Below, in pieces: positions 11,539 through 23,154 of a DNA stretch of 64,000 nt (position 1 is its first letter; every line of letters starts with the position of its first letter). The DNA comes from Felis catus (Eukaryota). Both the position numbers and the translations under genes were made by a program. The notes under the pieces are model-generated. The model saw nothing but the letters and a program-made list of their open reading frames with translations, had not been told where the DNA came from and did not search any database. Location: contig NC_058368.1 in the NCBI RefSeq assembly GCF_018350175.1, forward strand, positions 91,576,001 to 91,640,000, read 5' to 3'.

Positions 11539-13711
11539 GTAAATCACTCTTGAATCAGTAACATTTTACCACTAGTAGTTTTAATGATTTCTCGTTAGCT
11601 TACGCAGCTTTATTCTGTCAGATTGTTTTATATTTAAGTCAACAAATATTCAGTTGATGTTTATTGAATTCCTATTACAGGCTAGGCACTATATAGGTGC
11701 CGAGACTACAGCTGTGAGCAAACCTTATTTATCTACATCTATCTGGGAGTGGTGGGAGATAGTTGAGTCCCAGCTGCCAGTAATGTAGTTGGGGTGGTGA
11801 GACACACAAACAGTTAAGTAATAGTGATGATAGAATGTCCAGTATGTGCCTTTAACTTGTATGTAGGAGGAGATATGTATTTTGGGATGCTTGTTTAGGT
11901 TCCACAAGGGAGAGAGAATGAGGGGTAGGGAGAGTTCAACTAGATGAGAAAACCAGCATGTATTATTTGGGAATGGTAAAGTACATAGAGGACTCGTCGC
12001 TTACACTGTGTTCTGTAGGTTACATTTGTAGATAAGGCCAGTGAATGTGTGTAGGTTTTTTAGAAGGTTATTGTAAGAACCAGTAATTTAGGGAAAGGCT
12101 TCAATAAAAATTTTTCAGTAGCATGTGTCCTGTTTAATTATACTCTTACTGTAAAATTTGGAGGTAATACATTTACAGAGAATTAAAGGAATTTTAAAGT
12201 ACCTAAATGATTAAAGAAAGGCTAGGTGAGTAGCATTTCTTTCAGTCTGTCTTCCATTAACTTCCCTTTCTCATTTGTTTTGTTGGTTCTATGTTTTCTC
12301 CTTGTTTTGTAGATGTTCCATTGAAACTGTTTGCCAGATTGCTTTCTAAATTAGCCAGCTGGGGTTACTTTAAAAAACAGTATGTAATTTTTTTCCTTCT
12401 CCATGCTAAAACAGACTTGTTCTGCGGAACAGTGAGCTTGTGGGTAGTCACCACAGATTAATCTTTCTTCATCACACACTGTTACATGGGGAAGAGGGAG
12501 GGTTTGCGCCAGGATTGCAATGACCTGAGCTAATTAATGCACTGTAGAGAAACATCTGTACCCTTTTATTAATAAATACAGAATGTCCTGTAAGTCTTAA
12601 ATTAACATCATAGTACTAATGATACATAGGTTTCTTATGTAGGAAGGAAGTGATTTGAGTGGACAGTTCTTGTTTATTATTAACTACATAAATATACTAC
12701 GTCAGTCCAGTTAAACAGCAGGCCTGTGTAGTCTTTGACATTGACACCAGAGGTGTCTAATGGTAATTGTTCTCCATAATGTGGAATATTCTAATATCTG
12801 ATAGTCTTTTTGAAGATAAAAAAAACTTTACAACAGTATTTTTTACAAAATTATTGAAAAGAATGAGAATTGCCATAAACTGTAAAGAAGGTGTCCTTGG
12901 GAGGATCCTAGACCCCCATTATTCTATTCTTAAAAAAATCTTTCTATGTGAGTCTTTGCCTCTGATTATTTCCTGAAAATAGGTTCTAAGAAGGGACATT
13001 TAAAAAAAACTTTTTTTTTTTTTTTTTTTTTTTAATGTCTTACTTATTTTTGAGAGAGAGAGACCGCGGGAACAGGGGAGGGTCAGTGAGAGACGGAGAC
13101 ACGGGATCCAAAAACAGGCTCCAGGCTTAGAGCTGTCAGCACAGAGCCTGACAGGGGCCTCAAACTCATGAACCGTGAGATCATGACCTGAACCAAAGTT
13201 GGACACTTAACTGAGCCACCAGGTGCCCCTGAGAAGGGACATTTTTAAATTAAAGGGTGTGAACTCTTTAACGGTACAAAGCTCTTGCTACATATTGATG
13301 TCTTTTTTTTTGAAAGTTTGTACCAAGTTGTACAATATACTCTTTCTTGCTCTTACCAATATTGGCATTTTGAAATGCCAAGAATAGTGTTTTAATTTGA
13401 ATTTTTAAATTTTTAGTGAGTTTGTCCAATGCCCATTTTTTTCTCTTACAGAGTATTTTACTGATTTATAAGAGCTTTTAATATATATCAATTTTTAAAC
13501 CTTTTTTTGTATGTATTGCAGAGTGTCTCTTCTTTCTTATTTGTCTTTTGCCAGTAACCTGTGAATTGGTCTCCCTTGTTACAGGTTTAATTAGTTTTGT
13601 ACTAATTCTAGTTCTGTATCAGGAAGACTGATATGGCTTCAAACAACTTTATATATTGTGTTAATAGTTTTTACGTGTTTTCTTATGTAATATAGAGTAT
13701 CAAGTCTTAAA

Positions 13712-13882
13712 CCAAAGATTCTCAAACTTTAGTATGAACAGAAGTGTCTCAGAGGTATGTTTAAAATGCATATTACCATATATAGATGGAGTTAGTCTGA
13801 CCTGGGGCTGAGGGATCTTCATTTTTAATAATTCCATATTTTGATATGATTGATAAACAGACCACCCTTTGAGAAACACTGT
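13712..13882. mobile_element. MER5A-like MITE remnant
   Basis: ttctcaaactttagtatg...gaccaccctttgagaaacactg. Confidence 0.65.
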
Positions 13883-15020
13883 TTTAAACGCCTTAGCCTG
13901 GCATGCAAGATTTTGCATGATCTGTTTCCAGCTTATTTTATTTGCTTCTGTTCATTCCCTATGTGAACAGTGGTCTTGCTGTAGTGTCCATGCACTGTTT
14001 CTCAAGTAATACGTAGACCACCCATCTCCAAGCCATTGTGGCTACAGGTGATCTGTAAGTGTGAGATGGTCATACGCTATTCTTCTCCCCTCCCATTTCT
14101 TCTGCTTGCCACCTTGTCCAAATCTTGACTTCCCTTTAAGATGCAACTCTTTGCTTTTTTATGAAGTCTTCTCTGACCATTTTAAGCAGTTTGAGTTTTT
14201 TCCCCTCTATGATCCTAAGCACTCGTGCAACCTTTCAGCATTTCCTGCATTGTCGAGTTTTGTTTTTATGTGAATGATCTCAAATTGTTCATTATTTGTT
14301 GGCAGGGATTTTGCCTTATATATATTTTTTTATCTTCCACAGGACCTGTGTGGAAATAAAAACGAATGCCCGTAGCCTCATTAGTCTTGGCTATTTTGAA
14401 GGACTACAGTAAAATATTCACTGGATATTCAGTGAATATTTTAGAATTTAAATCAATCTGTTCATCTTGTCTACTCTGTCCATACATGGCCTTTATGATT
14501 CTGTAGACTTTGTTTATGTAATCTCTAAGGCTTGGTTGTTAGAGATTGAAGAGGTCCCTCATTTTTCTAGTTTATCCTCATGGCTTCACCTCATGTTTGT
14601 TAGTCTGTAGATTGTTTATGGATTATCTGCAACTCTAATTTTATGCACTATTCCAGCTAAAGATTATTAGTACTATTTTTTTCTGATAGATTTTGGACTT
14701 TTATAGGAAGGACGCCTTACAGAATTGAAAAGGATGCCCTTGAGAGTATGGTAATTTCTAGGCTGATGTATTACAGATCTCTCCCTGACAGGTCCAAACC
14801 AAGTCGACTCACAGTCTTACCCTGATACCCCAAGTTGTTTCTCCAATGGTTAGAACTTAAGATTGACACTGGGGAAAGGGAGAAGGGGGTTTCTGCATTT
14901 CCTCAGCCTGGATATTCTGCCAGCCCTGTTGAGTAGCAGTTTAGAGATGCTTTCCCTTTATTTCTGCCTAAGCCAGCCCCTGGGAAAATGAACAACAGCA
15001 TATTCTGGGGAGAGAATGAG

Positions 15021-15195
15021 GTTGGTGAGGGCAGTCTAGTCAACATCTGTCACTCCATTGCTTGTCAGGATTCTTTTAGCCGATTTGTCTGACTGGGCAG
15101 GTGTCCCCTCTCTCCCTCAGTGCTCCATGTGCATCCCTCTTGAAGCTTCGCACTCTGTTGAAGAGGACACCATCCCAGGTAGAGAGGGGGACGGG
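15021..15195 (+). pseudogene. 7SK snRNA retrocopy, 3'-truncated (about the first 200 nt of 7SK)
   Basis: Colinear with 7SK as recalled: gtgagggc...acatctgtcactccattg...ggtgtcccctctctccctca...ctccatgtgcatccctc...gaagct...gaagaggac-accatccc...tagag. Many CpG transitions; 3' third of 7SK absent. Confidence 0.9.
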
Positions 15196-15239
15196 AAACT
15201 GGGCCAATTGAATCTATGTCCTTTTCTTTCCATCAGATC

Positions 15240-15398
15240 AAGGATACTTAACTGGGATCCATTGACTTCCTGAGGTCCGTGACCTCTGTGAAATTCCTTG
15301 CCAAGTTTTGTTTATGCATTTGTGCATTTCTTAAGTGAGAGGGTCCATAGCTTTCATCAGATTTTTAAAGGGATCTGTGGATTCAGAAGTTAACCACT
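15240..15398. mobile_element. hAT-Charlie (MER5-family-like) MITE remnant
   Basis: gagagggtccatagctttcatcagatt...aaaggg...gttaaccact terminus. Confidence 0.6.
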
Positions 15399-16294
15399 AT
15401 GGCACTAGATGATGCGGTTTCCCATGTAGAATTTTTGAGTATTTTGCAAGTAAGAATGACAGGAAGTTAGAAATGCAAAGGGAAGTAGGGTGGTGGGGGT
15501 GGGTCTGTTGTAATCCTAGGCAAGCAATTAACAAGATCCTTTTCTCATTTGTGGGGGGGATGTAGTTTAATATCTTTGGCACATGAGGCAGCCTTCAAAA
15601 GCTATGTTGTCTTTCTCAAAGAGGAGTAACAGGAAGCTAGGAATACAAAGAGGAGAGAAGGTGGCATAGGTGATATGTGATATGTGTAATAAAATTGGCC
15701 CTTATAATAGGAATTAGAATGCTCTACAGCCATGGCAAATCATTGTCCTTGGGATCTTAATTTAGTCATCTGTAAAATGAAAGGTCTGGAATACATGTAA
15801 GATCACTTCGAGCTCCAGTACACCTTTCATGAAAGAGTTATGTGTGTGCCGGGGATATCTAAAATTCGCTTAACATTAAAAGAGAAAGGAATCCTGTTTT
15901 GCCTGCCTCTGATTGTGTGTGGCTCTCTGAGAAAAGAAAGCTTAGTTACAGTTGCATATATCATAAGACTGGTGAATTTTTGGTGTTAACTTTCTTCAAA
16001 AGGTACAGGGACACTTAATCAAGTAAACACTGAACATAATTGACTCAAGCTTTGTTCTTTGATCTGAGGTGTTTGATAGCAGTCTATCTGATGGAGAATA
16101 TGAACTCGCTTGTTGGTTAAAGTAAAATTATGTCTTAAGTTTGTGAGATAAGTATAAATTCTAATTCATCAATTTGAGGTTTTTTCTTTTTATCAAGTTA
16201 GCTGTTTAAACCAGGAATTCTTGAGAGAATGTTTTGTTTGAACCACAGTTCCAGGATGAAGAGAATAATTTGAAATCCTTTAATGTGTTTGCAG

Positions 16295-16517
16295 TCATTA
16301 TTTAGAAGCGAGGTCCTTGAATGAGAGAGATTATCGGGACCGGAGATATGTTGATGAATATAGAAATGACTACTGCGAAGGCTATGTTCCTAGACATTAT
16401 CACAGAGACGTTGAAAGCAGTTATCGAATCCACTGCAGTAAATCTTCGGTCCGAAGTAGGAGAAGCAGTCCTAAAAGGAAGCGTAATAGACACTGTTCAA
16501 GTCAACAGTCACGTTCG
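16295..16517 (+). CDS. CLK4: CLK4 exon 3 (Arg/Ser-rich region, HYLEARSLNERDY...SRRSSPKRKR)
   Basis: tttgcag| acceptor, 223 nt, TCG|GTATGA donor; frame continuous with exon 2. Confidence 0.97.
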
Positions 16518-17631
16518 GTATGATTGATTTTGTTTTTATTTTGGGTGGATGCTTATTTGTGTGTAAAAACTCTTAATGAGCCAGTAAGTTTGAAAAAGTT
16601 TATATATATATATATATGTAATATTATTTGGATATATTATAAATGTGTTTATATTACTTGAATCCTTAAACATCCAAATTTTCATAGCTAATCTGTATTT
16701 ATTAGGTAGCCTTCGTTTGCCCATATTTACTCATTTTCTGCAATCCAGATCATGAGTTCTTGATTTTAATATTAAATTTTAATATTAAAAATATTTTTAT
16801 GTTTTGTAATATAATCTTATGAAAAATTAAAGCACCCATCTTTTCTTTTATAGTAAACTTTTTTTTTGTTTTTGTTTTTTACTTTAAAAGAAGCCCTTTT
16901 CCTAATGGTTGGAAACATCTCTAGAACTTTGCACTGGTGGATACTTAAGTGTACTCTATATATAGCATAGTCCCAGAGCACAGTGCATCATTGTCTGCAG
17001 CTAGTTGCACTGAAATTCTGAAATGGGTGCTGAATGGAAAGTGCGTTATCCAAAAAGTTTGCCTTTTTTTACACTCAGACATCTTCACCTGTTTAATCAG
17101 TAAACTTTGAATAAATTGTTTCCTTCCCCAAGTTTTGATTAGAGTGAACATGGAAATTAACTAGCTTTTATTTCCCCCTTTAATTATGTGTATTTTAAAA
17201 TATTGCTAAATAGTTTCAGCTAATTTTGACATTTTAAAACCTCCCCCCCCAACAAACTAGACATCTCAATTCACAGCATATGCTATTTTATAACAAGAGA
17301 TAAGTAGATCATGACATTGCATTCTTTAAATTTCAGACTTCAATTAAATCAGTATTTTAAAGAGACAATTGTGTTGTTTTTTTTCTATTGCCACTTTAAG
17401 TATCTTATCTGAAAATCTGTTCCTTGCCATGTTTTTCTTCTGTAACATAAACTGTGCCCTGTGAATTTCTGGGGACTGAATTTGAAATTGCTCCTGCCAA
17501 CTGTTCGTGGCCTGGTGCTTATCTGAATGCCTGAATATCTCCCCGCTGAATGAATTGCGTATTCTGCCCTGAATTCACTCTGATATATTGATTGGCTGGA
17601 CGATCTTGGTGCTGCCCACTTGCCGTTCCAG

Positions 17632-17722
17632 AAGAGCCACCGAAGGAAAAGATCCAGGAGTATAGAGGATGATGAGGAGGGTCACCTGATCTGTCAAAGT
17701 GGAGACGTTCTAAGAGCAAGAT
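17632..17722 (+). CDS. CLK4: CLK4 exon 4 (alternatively spliced; KSHRRKRSRSIEDDEEGHLICQSGDVLRAR)
   Basis: ttccag| acceptor, 91 nt, weak donor GAT|GTATAG; frame continuous. Confidence 0.97.
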
Positions 17723-18116
17723 GTATAGAATATTTTTCAACACTTTTTTAACTTTGCAGACAGAATAATCTTTTTAAGAATAGTTGTCAGCGGGGGGCTA
17801 AAGAACTCTTCATTGCTTTTTTGTTTTGTTTTTTGTGGGTTTGTTTGTTCTTTTGTATTTCTTCTTTTCTATAGAATTTAAATATTTCTACTCTAAAGTT
17901 CCAAAATAATCAGTGGAATTTGAGCTTAGAGCAAGAAAGATAGCTCTATCTAATTGTTTTTGTAGCAGCTGAAAATAAAATAATTTGAGTGCTGAAACCT
18001 TAGTTATGCTTTAATAGACATCATTTGAAAATATTCCACACTTAAGTATTCATTGTTTGAATAACTAGATAATTTATACTCAAGTACTTACTCCTTTTTC
18101 TCCTCCCTTACTTTAG

Positions 18117-18183
18117 ATGAAATCGTGGACACTTTGGGTGAAGGGGCCTTTGGCAAAGTTGTAGAGTGCATTGATCATGGCAT
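18117..18183 (+). CDS. CLK4: CLK4 exon 5 (Gly-rich loop LGEGAFGKV)
   Basis: ctttag| acceptor, 67 nt, |GTAAGT donor. Confidence 0.97.
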
Positions 18184-19727
18184 GTAAGTTTGTTTTTTCC
18201 TTTTTTGAACATTCTGATATTTTGGGTAGGGAAGGATCTGTGATTTAAATGAAATGGCATTTTTAAGAGGTGGCCACTTGTTTTCCTAGGTGGTATAAAT
18301 ACCCAAAATTTCTTGAACTGTGTCTGGTTATTTATCATGGGTGTGGGTTTTGGTCAAGAATGCAGATGAATTTCAGGGTTCCTGGCTGGCTCCGTTGGTG
18401 GAGCACGTGACTCTTGATTTCAGGGTTGTGAGTTTGAGCCCCATGTTGGGTGTAGAGATCACTTAAAAAAAAAACAATCTTAAAAAAAAACAAAAAAAAT
18501 TGACAAATTCTATCAGATGGGGTGTTGAAATTAAAGTGAATCTTTGAGTAAAGGAATTTCCCAGAACTTAGGCCTTGGCCCTTATGTGAGATTTAGAGTG
18601 CTTTACTTTAGTTTTGAGTAGCAGAGACAATAAAGTTTGTCTAATCTTGGTCAAAAACATTTATTCCCGATCTGAAAATTGCACATGGAAGAAATGGCCT
18701 AGTAAAAAGCAATCTGCTCTGTAGTGTAGCTAAGGGAGTAGAAGGGAGCATCTTGCATTTAAGAGGTTTAAGAACATTCTATTTAGCTTTATTTTGGAAC
18801 AATCCATAATTATCTTTGGAGAAGAAGTAGTCTGCTATAAAGTACTAGCTATTACCTGAAGAATGTTATTTTATCATTTTTTTCATTTGTGCTGTATCAT
18901 GCCGATTTTGTACACTGTTTCTTCAGCCTTCATGAAATAAAAGTATTTATGGCAACAAAATAAAACAAAAATCTTCATTCCCAAAGGATAATATTTGCAT
19001 ATTAAGAGTTAGCATCTTAAACTACGAAGGAATTCTGTTACTTTAAAGCCTGCAGAAAAAAGTCCAAATTCTTTAATGACTTAGTAAAAGCCCTTTGTGT
19101 TTTGACCCTGTGTCTCACATCAACATTTTCCTCCAGAACCTCTGTTCTGTAGTTTGCAGACTTTTTAATAAGTAAACCTGTTTTAAAACACAGTTCATTT
19201 CAGCTGCACATTTCTAATGTTTGTTTATTTTTGAGACAACGCAAGTGTCAGAATGCAAGCAGTGGAGGGGCAGACAGAGGGAGACACAGAATCTGAAGCG
19301 GGCTCTAGTCTCTGAGCTGTCAGTCCAGAGCCCGACGCGGGGCTCGGACTCAGGAACCATGAGATCATGACCTGAGCCGAAGTCAGACGCTTACCTGACT
19401 GAGCCACTCAGGCGCCCCTCAACTGCACATTTCTTTTTTTTTTTTTTTTTTTTTAAATATATTTTTTTAAATGTTTGTTTATTTTTGAGAGAGACAGAGA
19501 CAGAATGCGAGTGGGTTAGGGGCAGAGAGAGAGGGAGACACTGAAGCAGAAGCAGGCTCCAGGCTCTGTCAGCACAGAGCCCGATGTGGGGCTCTAACTC
19601 ATGAGCTGTGAGATCATGACCTTAGCCAAAGTCAGATGCTCAACCGTCTGAGCCACCCAGGGGCCCCTCAACTGCACATTTCTAAATTGACATTTAAAAT
19701 TTTTCATCCTAAAATGGTTGGGGACAG

Positions 19728-19857
19728 GGTGGGAGGGAGGGGAGGGTGGGTGATTGGTATTGAGGAGGGCACCTTTTGGGATGAGCACTGGGTGTTGTAT
19801 GGAAACCAATTTGACAATAAACTTCATATATTGAAAAAAAATAAAAAATAAAAAAAA
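19728..19857 (+). mobile_element. 5'-truncated young LINE-1 3' end (felid L1-like)
   Basis: G-rich tract, ...gatgagcactgggtgttgtatggaaaccaatttgacAATAAA, A-rich tail; perfect 18-bp TSD TAAAATGGTTGGGGACAG at 19710-19727 and 19858-19875. Confidence 0.9.
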
Positions 19858-22488
19858 TAAAATGGTTGGGGACAGATATAATTTCCAGCTTATTTAAACA
19901 TTAATATATTATTTAAAAACTGTTCTTAAGTATATTTGAGAATCTAAATATTATAGCAATTTGATAGCTACCTTTATTCATGAACCAACTCTTGAATGCT
20001 TAAACATGTTTTATTCTTGAACATATTTTCATTCCATTTTCCATAAAGTATATTATCCTAAAGTTCATTATCACACTGTCTTTTCAATAAAAATGTGAAT
20101 GTGAAGTCCTATTTTTTTTAACGTTTATTTATTTTGAGGAGAGCACAAGCACATGCACAGGGGAGGGGCAGGGAGAGAATCCCAAGCAGGTTCTGTGCTG
20201 TCCGCACAGAGCCCGATGCAGGTTTCAATCCCACAAACTGTGAGATCATGACCTGAGCTGAAACCAAGAGTCAGATGCTTAACCAACAAACCCAGGAGCC
20301 CTGTGAAGTGAACTTTTGAAATATTTGCAGACTCCTAGAATTTTCTGGAATAGTTGAAAAAATTCCCATATATCCTTCACGCAGATTCCTCATGTTAACA
20401 TTTTACAGTATTTTCTTTATAATTTGCTGTATACATTCATGTGTTATATTTTCAAATTTTGCCAGCTGATCTACAGATCTTACTCAGACTTTACCAGTTG
20501 CCCTATTAATGCTCTCTTAAAACTTGAGATTCCAAGAGAGTACTTGAGATATTCCAGTAAACGGTATTCAGTTGATCAAGTATAAATCTATTGCGAATTT
20601 TGATGGTTACTGGGACTAAATATAAAATTTAATTGGAAATGTGTCTTTTATTGGGTTGGTTGGGATTTCAAAAAAAAAAGTACATGTATTCATAAACATC
20701 TTAAATGCTTTAGCATTAAATGTGTTTCCTTTTTTTTTTTTTTTTGAGATATAGTTGTTTGTAATGTAACATTGTGTAAGTTTAAGGTATACGTCTGTTC
20801 ATTGCAGTTAATTACTGTAGTGGTGTTAGCTAACATCTTTATTTTCTTTTCTAGAGCCATAAGCACCAAGAAATCTTGGTCATATATTAAGAGTTAGAAG
20901 GGAGTTTTGTCACAGCGGTTTCATAGCAACCTTGAGATATATGCCAAATGTCCTAGGGAGATTATCATCAAAATAAGTTTTAATGATTTATTAGCCCACA
21001 ACTTCGTTGGGGCTTTGGTGAAAGCAGTAAATTGGAAACCACCGGACTTAGAGAAAGGCTTGCTATCCAGCTACTAGAAAAGTTTGTTTGTCCCAAAGAT
21101 TTTTTTTTTTTTTTTTTTTTTACATTCTAGGTTATATATCTTAATAATGAGGGATGTATGAGGTTTTCTTACATCAAATGGAAGGGCCATAGTTTAAAAA
21201 AAAACAAAAAAAAGAGGCTTGAATGCTGGTTCATCTTCAGGAAGATCAGATTTAGAAAAGAGGATAGGGGCACCTGGGTGGCTCAGTCAGTTAAGCGTCA
21301 GACTTCAGCTCAGGTCGTGATCTCACTCTTGGTGAGTTTGAGCCCTGCTTCAGGCTCTGTGCTGACAGCTTGGGGGCTGGAACCTGCTTCAGATTCTGTG
21401 TCTCCCTCTCTCTGCCCCTCCTCTGCTCACACTCTGTCTCTCTCTATTCCCTCTCTCTCTCAAAAATGAGTAAACATTAAAAAATTCAAGACAAGAGGAT
21501 AAAAGGAATTTGAGAATTTAGAAATCCATTTTCTCAAAATCATTTGTGGCTTGATACTTTTTAGGAAGTATTATAGGTAACCAATCTAGAGCTTATGCTC
21601 TAGTTATTTCTACCTACTTGTATCAGTGAATGTGCTAGTAAGCATTTTCTCAACTTCATGACTTACTGATGGTATCTCCTTTAATGAATGTGTTCCTTTT
21701 CCTCCCACATTTTATAGGCTGCTGGCTGTCTTTCAGGGCTCAGTTGTGTGTCACCTCTTCTTTGAATAAATTAGAGCTTCCCCTCTCTAATTTTTTGGCT
21801 CTCCTACCTCTTTGTATAAGCTCATACCAAGCATTTGCAACACTGTCAGTTGTTCATGTGTTTCTTTTCTGTTAGGCTGTGAGGTACATAGTGATGACCC
21901 TCGTCTTGACTAACCCCTGTGCTCTACACACCTGGCACAGGGCAGGTCTGTCTAGGTGATTGAGCAAATGCTTTCAGCAGTAGCATATTCTGTTTGAGGA
22001 TTTATTTTTATCTTAATTATTTTTTTAGTGTTTGTTTTTGAGAGAGTGCGCCAGAGCCAGAGTGTGGACAGGGGAGGGGCAGAGAGAGAGGGAGACACAG
22101 AATTTGAAGCAGGCACCAGGCTCTGAGCTGTCAGCATAGAGCCTGATGCTGGGCTCAGACCTCGAACCATGAGATCATGACCTGAGCTGAAGTCTGACGT
22201 TTATTAACTGAGCCACCCAGGCACCCTTTTTTTTTCTTTTGGTATAAAATCTAGATAAAATTCTGGAAACAAACATTAAAATTTGTATTAAGGGAATTAT
22301 CGCTCCATAGAAAGTGTGTTTTGCCAGACTGTTTTGAAGAAATGTTATATGGAATCTGGTATAAAATGCCCTGAAAGATTATTTTAGAAAAATAGCATAG
22401 AGTAATTAATACTCAGTAAGATGATGCTTTAGGGATACGTGTTTTCATTCTGCTCCTCTACCGTTTTCATCTTAATTTTGTTTTTAAG

Positions 22489-22605
22489 GGATGGCATACA
22501 TGTAGCAGTGAAAATTGTAAAAAATGTAGGTCGATACCGTGAAGCAGCTCGTTCAGAAATCCAAGTATTGGAGCATTTAAATAGTACCGATCCCAATAGC
22601 GTCTT
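22489..22605 (+). CDS. CLK4: CLK4 exon 6 (VAVK lysine and alphaC helix)
   Basis: ttttaag| acceptor, 117 nt, |GTAAGT donor; DGIHVAVKIVKNVGRYREAARSEIQVL. Confidence 0.97.
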
Positions 22606-22694
22606 GTAAGTATAAACTTGAATTGTGATCCATCATCTTGCCTAAAATAATCAGAATTCTCTGAACTGACTCATTTTTATTTGCTCTGTTTTAG

Positions 22695-22861
22695 CCGATG
22701 TGTCCAGATGCTAGAGTGGTTTGATCATCATGGTCATGTTTGTATTGTGTTTGAACTGCTGGGACTTAGTACCTATGATTTCATTAAAGAAAATAGCTTT
22801 CTGCCATTTCAAATTGACCACATCAGGCAGATGGCATATCAGATCTGCCAGTCAATAAATT
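22695..22861 (+). CDS. CLK4: CLK4 exon 7 (hinge, VFELLGLSTYDF)
   Basis: ttttag| acceptor, 167 nt, |GTAAGT donor. Confidence 0.97.
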
Positions 22862-23059
22862 GTAAGTATACTTGATAAATTTTTAAACACCAGAAAATTA
22901 AAAGCTTTTATTATACAAGCAACATGTCAAAACATTGTCACTAAAAATACACGTTACAGGTAAAGATGAAATCCCTATATCCACTACTGATCCTTCTTAT
23001 CCCCCAATACAGATGAAATACGTAGGTGAAACTAATGATTTCTTTTTGTTTTCTTGTAG

Positions 23060-23154
23060 TTTTGCATCATAATAAATTAACCCATACAGATTTGAAGCCT
23101 GAAAATATTTTATTTGTGAAGTCTGACTATGTAGTCAAATATAATTCTAAAATG
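23060..23154 (+). CDS. CLK4: CLK4 exon 8 (catalytic loop HTDLKPEN)
   Basis: ttgtag| acceptor, 95 nt, ATG|GTAAGT donor. Confidence 0.97.

Noticed and set aside
15021..15195. Functional 7SK gene
   Set aside because: 3' third and terminator missing, heavy CpG decay, no recognisable upstream Pol III type 3 promoter.
15237..15274. Possible small exon after tccttttctttccatcag
   Set aside because: Good acceptor but weak donor (GAG|GTCCGT) inside a hAT MITE; insufficient support from sequence alone.
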